Source of the DNA: Candidatus Omnitrophota bacterium
GTDB lineage: Bacteria; Omnitrophota; Omnitrophia; Omnitrophales; Aquincolibacteriaceae
Direction of reading: 5' to 3'
Assembly (NCBI GenBank): GCA_003140935.1
Contig: PLLJ01000042.1
Coordinates: 10,144-74,143 of the forward strand
DNA: 64,000 bases
Shown: in pieces, positions 18,671 to 27,559 of the stretch
Numbering within the stretch: the stretch's first letter is position 1
Layout: each line of letters starts with the position of its first letter
Program-made: the position numbers and the translations under genes
The notes under the pieces: model-generated
What the model was told of the DNA's origin: nothing
What the model saw: only the letters and a program-made list of their open reading frames with translations
Databases searched by the model: none

Positions 18671-20962
18671 TTGCCAGAAAGCCTTTTTGCGTATACCGGA
18701 CTCATTAATTTCATCACGAGTTTTGGACTAGGAATTTTTCTCTTAATAGCCAAGTATCGTTCTCACCTCTGCCAAGCTTTTGTCCTTTTTTGTTTCAGCG
18801 TGGCCTATTGGAGCATACATTATTTCTGGTGGCTCTCAGAAGCGAATTCTGAAATGGCATTGTATCTCATACGCCAAGCGATGATAGGTGCCATCTTTAT
18901 TCCCGCAACGTATACATATTTTACCTACCAACTAATTGAAAAAAAAGATTTCAAATGGGTCCATTCCCTCAATGTAGGGCTTGTAGTTATTTTTTTATTT
19001 TTTGCGATGTCCCCTTTTTTCATAGCTTCTCTGAAGCAACAACTTTTTTTTAAATTCTGGCCAGTTCCCGGTCCATTGTTTCATTTTGTATTAGCCTATT
19101 TTTCGATTAATGTTTTATATGCTCATCTGCTTTTGTGGAATGCATATAAAAAATCTTTTGGAATTAAGCGACTTCATGTGCTTTATGTCTTTTTAGGCAC
19201 AGCCGTTGGTTTTTTCGGTGGATCAACTAACTACTTCCTTTGGTATGGAATTCCCATTCCTCCATATTTGAATATTTTGGTTTGTATTTTTATAATTACA
19301 GTTGCTTATGCAATCGGCAAGTACAAGCTCATGGACATTCGACTCATTATTCGCCGCACCATTGTTTTTGCGGGATTATTCGGTGTGATCATGGCAGCAG
19401 TCGGAATTGTAACAGCTTTAACTCAAAGCTATGTCGGGCAGTTTTTTGGAATGGGGCCAACAGTACGGCAGCTTCTTAGCATTCTTATAGCGATTTTTCT
19501 TTTTGATCCGACTCGGAAATTGTTGACCAATCTCACCGACAAATATCTTTTTCAGAAGAAGTATGATTATCACAAATTGCTGAAGGATGCGTCGCGGGGG
19601 ATGTCGAATATTGAGTCGCTGGAGCGTCTCCTGGGGCTCGTGGTGCACTTTATCACCATGAAGATGCGGGTGAAGAATGCGGCGGTGCTGATGCGGGAGG
19701 GGACAAGCGACCAGTATCAGCTCGTTTACCAGCGGGGGTTTGACAAAAAGTTCCTGACGCTCACGCTTTATAAGAACGATCCCCTGATCCACTATCTCGA
19801 AAACCACCAGGAGGCAGTGGATATCGAGCGGATCAAGGAGCAGGTGGAGGTTGCATCGTACCGGCGGGACAAAAGCGAGAAGGCCTATGATTACGAGGCG
19901 ATCCGGGAGCGGATGAACCAGCTTCAGGCGAGTTGTTGCGTGCCGAGCTTTTTGGGGCGCGAGCTCCGGAACGTCCTTATGCTGGGAGAGAAAAAATCCG
20001 GCGAATATTATTCGAACGAGGACTTAAATCTCCTTTATACGCTCGCGCAGGAATCCTCGATCGCGATCGAGAACGCGCGGCTTTATGACGAGGCCCTCCG
20101 GAAGTCCCATGAGCTGGAGCATATCAACGAGCAGCTCGAATATTCCAAAGAGCTTCTCATGAAAGCCCTGCAGGAGGCCGAGGGGGCGAATAAACAGCTA
20201 CAGGACACGCAGGCCCAGCTCATTCACGAGCAGAAGATGGCGACCCTGGGCCGGCTGGCCGCGTCGGTGGGGCATGAAGTGAATAACCCGCTCACCATTC
20301 TTTCCATGAACGTGTCGCGCGTGATTCTGAAACACCGCAAAAACAAAGACATGAAAGTGACAGAGATCCTGGACGTCTTCGACAAGATGGAGAAGAATAT
20401 CGAACGTATCAAGGCGGTGGTGAACACGCTGACCGGTCTTTTGAAGAAATCGGAAAAAGGGAAGTTCGAGCCGCTGTCACTCAAGTTGATCCTGGAGGAG
20501 ACCTTGCCGCTCGTGCAGTTCCAGACTTATCTCGACAATCTCTCCGGGACAGAGGTCGATTTCAACGTGCCGGGGAACGTCCCGCTGATCCGTGGAGACC
20601 TGGAACGCCTGCAAGAGGTTTTCCTGAACCTTTTCATCAATGCGTATCACGCTATGGCCGGCAAGCGGCACCGCAAGATCGGGGTCCAGGCCGAGATCGA
20701 TCCCAAGGACCCGAACATGGTCGCGATCCATTTCAGGGACAACGGCTCGGGCATGACCGAGGACGTCATGAAGAAGGTTTTTAATTACGGGTTTACGACC
20801 AAAGCGCCCGGGAAAGGGTCGGGACTCGGGCTTTACATGTGCAAATACATCATCGAATTGCACGGCGGGACCATCACGGTCACAAGCAAGCTCGGGGAGG
20901 GGACAACCTTCACGCTGACGCTGCCCATTTATTCAGAGACGCCGGCATTAAAGCAGGCTTGA
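18671..20962 (+). CDS. Sensor histidine kinase: 7TM domain, GAF, HisKA, HATPase
   Basis: GAGGAG RBS and TTG start; TM-rich N-terminus; AIENARLY; GHEVNNPL; DNGSG; GSGLGL. Confidence 0.92.
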   Translation: MPESLFAYTGLINFITSFGLGIFLLIAKYRSHLCQAFVLFCFSVAYWSIHYFWWLSEANSEMALYLIRQAMIGAIFIPATYTYFTYQLIEKKDFKWVHSLNVGLVVIFLFFAMSPFFIASLKQQLFFKFWPVPGPLFHFVLAYFSINVLYAHLLLWNAYKKSFGIKRLHVLYVFLGTAVGFFGGSTNYFLWYGIPIPPYLNILVCIFIITVAYAIGKYKLMDIRLIIRRTIVFAGLFGVIMAAVGIVTALTQSYVGQFFGMGPTVRQLLSILIAIFLFDPTRKLLTNLTDKYLFQKKYDYHKLLKDASRGMSNIESLERLLGLVVHFITMKMRVKNAAVLMREGTSDQYQLVYQRGFDKKFLTLTLYKNDPLIHYLENHQEAVDIERIKEQVEVASYRRDKSEKAYDYEAIRERMNQLQASCCVPSFLGRELRNVLMLGEKKSGEYYSNEDLNLLYTLAQESSIAIENARLYDEALRKSHELEHINEQLEYSKELLMKALQEAEGANKQLQDTQAQLIHEQKMATLGRLAASVGHEVNNPLTILSMNVSRVILKHRKNKDMKVTEILDVFDKMEKNIERIKAVVNTLTGLLKKSEKGKFEPLSLKLILEETLPLVQFQTYLDNLSGTEVDFNVPGNVPLIRGDLERLQEVFLNLFINAYHAMAGKRHRKIGVQAEIDPKDPNMVAIHFRDNGSGMTEDVMKKVFNYGFTTKAPGKGSGLGLYMCKYIIELHGGTITVTSKLGEGTTFTLTLPIYSETPALKQA

Positions 20963-21044
20963 GACTTAACTTGTTAGCAGTACAATAGAGCGTCAGAGTA
21001 TCAAAGTTTGAATGTGATGCGAGCACGGCAGGCCGAGGGCTCTT

Positions 21045-21404
21045 ATGCAAAAAAAGATTCTGATCGTCGATGACGAGGCCGGGATCGTCCAGGAGATCAA
21101 GGAGTTCCTGGAGGAGGAGGGCTACGAGGTCCGCACGGCGGACTCGGCCAAGGCGGGGATCGAACTGATCGAAGAGATCCGTCCGGATGTGGTTATGATC
21201 GACGTAAAATTGCCGGACGCCTCTGGAAACGAAGTGCTTCGCGCCTGCAAAGAAAAATCTCCCAAGACCAAGACCATCATGGTGACGGGATACGTGGACC
21301 AGCATGTGATGGACGAAGCGGAATTGATCGGCCGCGACACATTCCTCCAAAAACCTTTCAATCTCGAGAAGATCCTTGAAGAAATTAATAAGCTGCTGGC
21401 ATAA
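21045..21404 (+). CDS. Single-domain response regulator (receiver)
   Basis: ILIVDDE, IDVKLPD, VTGY, KPF. Confidence 0.95.
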   Translation: MQKKILIVDDEAGIVQEIKEFLEEEGYEVRTADSAKAGIELIEEIRPDVVMIDVKLPDASGNEVLRACKEKSPKTKTIMVTGYVDQHVMDEAELIGRDTFLQKPFNLEKILEEINKLLA

Positions 21405-21476
21405 ACGGCTGGGACTCGTTTCTCGGGATTCGATAAAACGCGGGACCAAGACGGGTCCCTTTTAGGTGTTTAAAAT

Positions 21477-22019
21477 ATGAACTTCATGCGCACTGAAATT
21501 GACGGCGTGATCGTGATCGAGCCGAAGATCTTCGACGATGCCCGCGGTTTTTTTTATGAAAGCTATCAAAAAAAACGTTTCGTCCAAGAGGGCATCAAGG
21601 ACGATTTCGTCCAGGATAACATCAGCTCTTCCGTCAAAGGCGTTCTCCGGGGGTTGCACTTTCAGGCCGCGCCGCGCGCGCAGGCCAAACTCATGCGGGT
21701 GCTCCGCGGGTCCGTCTATGATGTGGTGGTGGATCTCCGGCCCCGTTTCAAAACGTTCGGGAAATTCTTCCCGATCCTGCTTTCCGCCGAGAACCGCAGG
21801 ATGCTTTATGTCCCCAAAGGTTTTGCCCACGGGTTCTGCGTGCTGGAAGAAGGAACGGAATTCATGTACAAAGTCTCGGATTATTATTCCCCCGAACATG
21901 AACGTGGTATTCTCTGGTCGGATCCCGACCTTGCGATCCCCTGGCCCAAGATCGATCGTCCGTTCATTCTTTCCGAAAAGGATACGAAGTTCCCGGTCTT
22001 GAAAGATCTGAAATTATAA
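21477..22019 (+). CDS. rmlC: dTDP-4-dehydrorhamnose 3,5-epimerase
   Basis: DARGFFYE, FVQDN, GVLRGLHFQ, VPKGFAHGF. Confidence 0.97.
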   Translation: MNFMRTEIDGVIVIEPKIFDDARGFFYESYQKKRFVQEGIKDDFVQDNISSSVKGVLRGLHFQAAPRAQAKLMRVLRGSVYDVVVDLRPRFKTFGKFFPILLSAENRRMLYVPKGFAHGFCVLEEGTEFMYKVSDYYSPEHERGILWSDPDLAIPWPKIDRPFILSEKDTKFPVLKDLKL

Positions 22020-22046
22020 TTATGAACTGAATGCCGGAGAAGCCCG

Positions 22047-22481
22047 ATGAGAAAATATATCTACGGAACGGTCCTCGTCGCAGTCGGTGCCGCGGTCGCG
22101 ATTTTCTTCTTCAGGCCTCCTGAGACCACCAACCGGCCGCCTCAGACGGTCCTCGCGATCACATTCCATTTTCCCCAGAATTATGAATTCACGGAAGGCG
22201 CTCCTTTTCTGCTTACCTGGCAGGCTGAAGGCCCGGAGGGGAAACTCTCGATCCCGGTCCCGGTTGAGCATTTCAACCCTCTCGCTTCTCCCTACAAACT
22301 GGCTTTCTCACCGGATCCAGGCTCCGCAGCCGTGGTCCTGAACGCCCGGCTTTATTATTGCCATACCCTAAGCCGCATGTGCTTCCAAGGCGATTTTAAG
22401 GCCCGCGTTCCGCTCATCGCCGGGAACACTTCTCCCATTTCCTACGTTTGGGAGATCACACCCAAAACAGGGAATGGATAA
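22047..22481 (+). CDS. Hypothetical membrane-anchored protein resembling the C-terminal beta domain of NHL/thioredoxin proteins
   Basis: N-terminal TM; FTEGAP and LYYCHTLSRMC Cys-pair motif. Confidence 0.45.
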   Translation: MRKYIYGTVLVAVGAAVAIFFFRPPETTNRPPQTVLAITFHFPQNYEFTEGAPFLLTWQAEGPEGKLSIPVPVEHFNPLASPYKLAFSPDPGSAAVVLNARLYYCHTLSRMCFQGDFKARVPLIAGNTSPISYVWEITPKTGNG

Positions 22482-22538
22482 CGGAGAACGCGAAAGGTTT
22501 TATCGTTCGCCATACAACGTTTCTCTCGTGCCAACACT

Positions 22539-22769
22539 ATGAAATACACGATCAAGGTCAAAGCGAACGCCAAGGAAAACGCTGTTCTTGAAGGACTGGG
22601 AGGAGAGCTCCGGGTCTTGGTCAAGGCTCCGCCTCAAGAAGGCCGGGCGAACGAGGCCGTGATCGAGATCCTGGCCGCGCATTTCAAGATCCCCAAAAGC
22701 AGTGTCGCGATCGTGGGTGGGTTCAAGAGTAAGAATAAGATCGTGCGCATCGGCGTATGCCCCTGCTAG
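22539..22769 (+). CDS. DUF167/YggU family protein
   Basis: VKAPPQEGRANEAV...G.KSKNK. Confidence 0.9.
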   Translation: MKYTIKVKANAKENAVLEGLGGELRVLVKAPPQEGRANEAVIEILAAHFKIPKSSVAIVGGFKSKNKIVRIGVCPC

Positions 22770-22773
22770 AAGC

Positions 22774-22829
22774 GGACCACGGGCCATGCTCCAAGGGCCA
22801 CGTGGTGCGTGGGTCGTGGAACGTGGCTC
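22774..22829. repeat. Palindromic heptamer array (4x NNNCCAN then 4x GTGGNNC)
   Basis: ggaccac gggccat gctccaa gggccac | gtggtgc gtgggtc gtggaac gtggctc. Confidence 0.75.
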
Positions 22830-22880
22830 GATTTAACAAAAACGGTACGGCTTTTTTGATCTTTCAGCTAGAATAACGCC

Positions 22881-25232
22881 ATGTTTCGTTACCTCGCAGA
22901 GTTCATACAGCGTTTTCGCTGGCCAATCTTGCTGGTCATGATGGTCAGTGTCTACTACTTCGGGATCGCGGTCTCGAAGCTCTCGGTCGATCCTTCCATG
23001 GAAACGCTTTTTATCAAAAAATCTCCCGAATATCAGTATTATCAGCAGTATCGCATTAAATATGGCAGTGATCAGATGATCGCCGTCGCTATGTCGACAG
23101 AAAATCTTTTCACCCCCGCCAATCTCAAGACCCTCAAAAGCATCACCGACGGTATTGCCAGCTACACCCAGGTGGAACGTGTGATCAGTCTCACTAACGC
23201 GATGGACATCAAACATAAGATGCTCGGTGTGAAGACCGTGCCGGCGCTGGAGGGGGTGTTCGAAGGCGCGAGGTCGATCGAAGATGTCAAAAAAGAAGTG
23301 CTCCGGAATGAGCTCTACCTCAGCAATATTGTTTCCAAGGACGGGAAGATCGCTAATATTCTCGTTTATTTGAAGCCCGCCGAAAAAAACAGCGCTGCGG
23401 CCAATGGCGCGTTCATCGAGGCGTTGAAAAGTTACCTGGATGATTTTGAGCAGCCCGGTGTGAAGTTTTACATGGCCGGCGCGCCGGTCGAACAGTATGA
23501 GTTCATTGACCTGATCCATCGCGACCAAATGGTCTTCGTGCCGGTCATCACGGCCATTCTGATCTTGATGACGTACCTGATCTACCGCAGTTTTGCGTGC
23601 GTGGTCCTTTCCATGTCCATCGTTTTCACGACGCTTGTCTGGACGCTCGGAACGATCTCTCTTCTGGGGCAGGAGCTCAATCTCATGACCTCGCTTCTTG
23701 CCCCGGTGATCATGATCGTCTCGGTGATCAATTCAACGTACCTGATCAATCTCTTTTTTGAGATCCGGCCGCATCACAAGAGCCTTAAAGAGGCGGTAAA
23801 TGTGACGATCCAGCAACTCGGGATGCCGTGCTTTCTCACGCATTTTACGGCGGTCCTCGGATTTGGTTCGCTCGCGCTCTCCCCGATCCCGGCCATCCAG
23901 AGTTTCGGGATCTACGCGGCGCTTGGGACCTTTTATTCTTACATTGTCGAGCTCGTGATGACGACTCTGCTTCTTCCGATCCTGCCGTACCGGCCGGTGG
24001 ATCCCCTCGCTTCGAGTGAGTCGCATTTTTTCAACAAGGTCCTGCTGGGATTTCTCGAGAAACTTGAATTCCGCTGGAAATGGTGGATCCTGATCGTGAC
24101 GGGACTCGTCCTGATCCTTTCATTCCAAGGCGTCCAGAAGCTTGAGGTGGATACCAATATCGTGAAGCAGATGAAGCCGAACCTGCCGCTTGCGATCGCG
24201 ACCCGGTTCATCGACGAACATTTGACCGGCGTTTATTCGCTCGGGTTCGTGTTCCGCCGCAAGGACGGGGAGAGTATGGTGGACGCGAAGACGCTGGGCA
24301 TGCTGGACCAGTTCAAGACTTATCTGGAGAATGAGCCCGGGATCGCGAAGGTCAACAGCATCACAACGCTTGTCAAAAAGATCAATGAGGCGCGTAAAAA
24401 CGATCCCGAGGCTTACCGGATCCCGAGAAATCCCATGATGCTCAATCTCTATTTCAAAGGATTAGCCAGATCGAACGATCCGGAGCTTTGGAAACTGGTG
24501 TCGCATGATTTTAAGGAGGTGCGCATGGAGGCGCGTATGCGCGCGATCGGAACGACGAGGGGAGCGCTTTTGGAAGAAAGAGTCCGGGAGTATCTCCAGG
24601 AACATATGAGTGAATTTTTCGAATACAAACTGACGGGAAATGTGGTGCTTTTGGGAAAGATCGCAAAAAGCCTGGTTCATGAACAGGCCCAAAGTTTCGC
24701 CTTTGCGTTCATCTCCATCCTGATCGTGATCATCTTGATCTTCCGGTCCATTCCGCTCGGGCTTTTGGCCGCCATTCCCAACCTGATTCCGATCCTCGCG
24801 GTGTACGGGATCATGGGGTTCGCGGGGATCGAGCTTTCCACCGCGACCGCGATGATCGCGAGCATTGTGCTGGGCCTCGTGGTGGACGCCTCGATCCAGT
24901 TCCTTTACCGGTTCCGCAAAGAGTTCCAGAACCGCTCTCACTACATTCAGTCATTGCATCACACCTACCGCAACATGGGCCAATCGATGGTCGTCTCGAC
25001 CCTGATCCTGTGCATGGGATTCGCCTCGAGCGTATGCGCAAATTTCCGCATTACCGTGCATTTCGGGATGCTAACGAGCCTGACGATCTTCCTGGCGCTT
25101 ATTTGCTCGCTTCTGGTCATGCCGGCGATCCTGATCATGATGAAACCTTTCGGTCCCCAGCGCCTTTTCAAGCGCAAGGTCCAGGAAAATGATCCTTTGT
25201 ACAGATCTCAGGATCCCGTCAAGCACGTTTGA
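22881..25232 (+). CDS. MMPL/RND-superfamily (lipid exporter-like) transporter
   Basis: Two-fold repeat of TM + periplasmic domain + 5 TM; motifs AIPNLIP, LGLVVDASIQ. Confidence 0.88.
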   Translation: MFRYLAEFIQRFRWPILLVMMVSVYYFGIAVSKLSVDPSMETLFIKKSPEYQYYQQYRIKYGSDQMIAVAMSTENLFTPANLKTLKSITDGIASYTQVERVISLTNAMDIKHKMLGVKTVPALEGVFEGARSIEDVKKEVLRNELYLSNIVSKDGKIANILVYLKPAEKNSAAANGAFIEALKSYLDDFEQPGVKFYMAGAPVEQYEFIDLIHRDQMVFVPVITAILILMTYLIYRSFACVVLSMSIVFTTLVWTLGTISLLGQELNLMTSLLAPVIMIVSVINSTYLINLFFEIRPHHKSLKEAVNVTIQQLGMPCFLTHFTAVLGFGSLALSPIPAIQSFGIYAALGTFYSYIVELVMTTLLLPILPYRPVDPLASSESHFFNKVLLGFLEKLEFRWKWWILIVTGLVLILSFQGVQKLEVDTNIVKQMKPNLPLAIATRFIDEHLTGVYSLGFVFRRKDGESMVDAKTLGMLDQFKTYLENEPGIAKVNSITTLVKKINEARKNDPEAYRIPRNPMMLNLYFKGLARSNDPELWKLVSHDFKEVRMEARMRAIGTTRGALLEERVREYLQEHMSEFFEYKLTGNVVLLGKIAKSLVHEQAQSFAFAFISILIVIILIFRSIPLGLLAAIPNLIPILAVYGIMGFAGIELSTATAMIASIVLGLVVDASIQFLYRFRKEFQNRSHYIQSLHHTYRNMGQSMVVSTLILCMGFASSVCANFRITVHFGMLTSLTIFLALICSLLVMPAILIMMKPFGPQRLFKRKVQENDPLYRSQDPVKHV

Positions 25233-25363
25233 AAGATGTTTGTCGCGAATCTTCCGGCGTGAAGAGAAACAGACCGGATGTGCCCGCAGATCTTTTTAAT
25301 GGTGCCAGGACGTTTCAAAATCGCTATACTAGGCGCCACCTTTAACAACACTTACGGAGTCCC

Positions 25364-26899
25364 ATGGGGAGTTTTAAACCAAAGATCGCGGCATGGATCG
25401 TTCCGGCGCTCGTGCTGGGAATGACCGTCTTGCTTCCGGGTTGTTCCACGTCCCGTCCGTCTACAGGCGTCCGAGAAATCACGACCACCACGACTCGTGA
25501 CGGGATGCTTCGCGGGACTTTGGATCTTTCCTCCGGGGTGAATAATGAAGGCGCCATTTTTGTTGAAAAGGTCATGCCTTCCAAGGTCACGGTCGGGAAA
25601 CCTTTCGAATATACTCTCCATATCACCAACCGCACCGGTTGTCACTTTGGCAACGTGTTGGTCAGTGAAAAATTCCCGGAAAAATATGAAATGTTAAAAG
25701 CGACTCCGGAGCCGGCAAAAGTTTCCGGGAGTGCGGCCGAGTGGACGATCGGGGAGTTTGGCCCGAAAGAGACCAGGATCCTTACGATCCGCGGAACCGT
25801 TCAGGAGATCAGTCCGGTGCTCGCCTGTACGCGGGTGACTTATATTCCCATGCTTTGCCTCGGGCCTGAGACCACGGTTTCCGGGTTAAAACTCACGCTG
25901 ACAGCTCCGGGACAGGCCCTGTTGTGCGATGGGATCACCGGAAAGATCAAGATCGAAAATACCGGGGCCGATCTTATGGAAGATATCATTATCTCCGAGG
26001 CTTTGCCCGAAGGTTTAACGACTACGGAAGGCAAGAATTCTTTGGAGATCCGCGCGGGTAAGCTCGCGGGCCATGAGACGAAAACATTCGATATGAAGTT
26101 GAAGGTACAGAAGGCCGGAAGCTATATCCACAAAATCAGGGCCGTAGCTTCGAACGGGTTATCCATCTCAGCCGCTCCTGTGACGACGGTCGTGAAACAG
26201 CCGGCGCTTAAGATCGCCATGAGCGGTCCGGAAAAAGTTTTTATGACCCGGGACGCGGATTTTAAGATCACGGTCGAAAATACGGGAAATGCGGATTCCG
26301 CGAACACAATGGTGAACGCCAAAATCCCGGCCGGAATGAAATTCGCTTCAGCCAGTAACGGCGGCACTCTTTCAGGGGATCATGTGGCCTGGGTCCTTGG
26401 CGTTCTTGCCGCCCCCAAGCCTGTGGTTCTTAGCCTGACTTGTAAAAGCGTCGTCAGCGGCCCTGCGCAGATGGTCGCTACGGCCAAGGGCGTTTGTTGC
26501 CAGGAAATTTCCACGACGGCGAAGATCGATGTTCAAGGCATTCCGGCGATCCTTCTGGAGGAGGTCGACACGGAAGATCCCATCAAGGTCGGAGGCGTGG
26601 AGAAGTTTCGCGTCACCGTGACCAACCAGGGTTCCGCGCCGGATGCGCATATTGTTCTCAAGGTAGATCTAGAAAAAAACTTTGATTATGTTTCCTCTTC
26701 AGGTCCCACCCAGGCGAAGGCCGAGAGCGCCAAGTCCATTGAGTTTGCCCCGCTCGCGTCTCTAGCGCCGGGGCAAAAAGTGACATGGGAGATCCTCGCG
26801 AAGGCCGTGGAAGAAGGCGACCATCGCGCTTCTTTCCATATCAAAAGCGATGCCCTCGATCGCTCAGTCGAAAAGGTCGAATCGACCCGGGTTTACTAA
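25364..26899 (+). CDS. DUF11-repeat lipoprotein homologous to chlamydial OmcB
   Basis: Lipobox LLPGC; four Ig-like repeats; DTEDPIKVG, VTNQGSA.D, SSGPT and C-terminal VESTRVY resemble recalled OmcB segments DTNDPICVG, VTNRGSAED, ENTHVY. Confidence 0.8.
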   Translation: MGSFKPKIAAWIVPALVLGMTVLLPGCSTSRPSTGVREITTTTTRDGMLRGTLDLSSGVNNEGAIFVEKVMPSKVTVGKPFEYTLHITNRTGCHFGNVLVSEKFPEKYEMLKATPEPAKVSGSAAEWTIGEFGPKETRILTIRGTVQEISPVLACTRVTYIPMLCLGPETTVSGLKLTLTAPGQALLCDGITGKIKIENTGADLMEDIIISEALPEGLTTTEGKNSLEIRAGKLAGHETKTFDMKLKVQKAGSYIHKIRAVASNGLSISAAPVTTVVKQPALKIAMSGPEKVFMTRDADFKITVENTGNADSANTMVNAKIPAGMKFASASNGGTLSGDHVAWVLGVLAAPKPVVLSLTCKSVVSGPAQMVATAKGVCCQEISTTAKIDVQGIPAILLEEVDTEDPIKVGGVEKFRVTVTNQGSAPDAHIVLKVDLEKNFDYVSSSGPTQAKAESAKSIEFAPLASLAPGQKVTWEILAKAVEEGDHRASFHIKSDALDRSVEKVESTRVY

Positions 26900-27017
26900 G
26901 GGCGTGTCCATTTTAAATTTAAAGGAATACCGTCCTAACGCTTTCGTAATAGGATCTCGAGTTAGATTCGGCGTTTTTTAGTCCTTAACAACCGTTCCAT
27001 CACCGGAGGAAGGACGC

Positions 27018-27191
27018 ATGAACACACTTCTTGGCTTAGTAGTTCTGGTTTTGGATATCTTTGCCATTGCGGATTGTCTGAAAAGTGACGCGACCACGGG
27101 GAAGAAACTTCTTTGGATCCTTTTGGTCCTGATCCTGCCGGTCCTCGGTATGATCTTGTATTTTCTCTTGGGCAAGAAAAAAGCCGCCTAA
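27018..27191 (+). CDS. Small membrane protein, PLDc_N-like domain (57 aa, not in ORF track)
   Basis: GGAGG RBS; MNTLLGLVVLVLDIFAIADCLKSDATTGKKLLWILLVLILPVLGMILYFLLGKKKAA. Confidence 0.85.
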   Translation: MNTLLGLVVLVLDIFAIADCLKSDATTGKKLLWILLVLILPVLGMILYFLLGKKKAA

Positions 27192-27207
27192 GATCTTTTG
27201 CGCAGCC

Positions 27208-27243
27208 AAAGGCTCGATCCAAAAGGTCGGGCCTTTTTATTTT
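27208..27243 (+). terminator. Rho-independent terminator
   Basis: aaaggctcgatc / ggtcgggccttt stem followed by T-rich tail. Confidence 0.7.
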
Positions 27244-27292
27244 CCGGGGTTGCTTTATTTTTCCTATTCTTTCTAGTACAATGTCGCACCTT

Positions 27293-27364
27293 GCTGGTGT
27301 AGCTCAGGGGTAGAGCAGCTGTTTTGTAAACAGCGGGTCGGGGGTTCAAATCCCTCCACCAGCT
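27293..27364 (+). tRNA. tRNA-Thr(UGU)
   Basis: Acceptor GCTGGTG/CACCAGC; anticodon arm GCTGT-TTTGTAA-ACAGC; T loop TTCAAAT; CCA not encoded. Confidence 0.96.
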
Positions 27365-27475
27365 CGTTTTTGGGCTGGAGTGGGGAACCTGAAGCGAAGG
27401 TCGTCAAGACCAAGCGGAATGTCGAAAGCATTGGGCTTTCGACCTCCACCAGCTGATTTTAGTTTGATTTTTGAT

Positions 27476-27559
27476 GGGGAGTTGCCCGAGCGGCCAAAGG
27501 GGACAGACTGTAAATCTGTTGGCTTATAGCCTTCAATGGTTCGAATCCATTACTCCCCA
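27476..27559 (+). tRNA. tRNA-Tyr(GUA)
   Basis: Acceptor GGGGAGT/ACTCCCC; anticodon arm ACAGA-CTGTAAA-TCTGT; long variable arm; T loop TTCGAAT. Confidence 0.96.
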
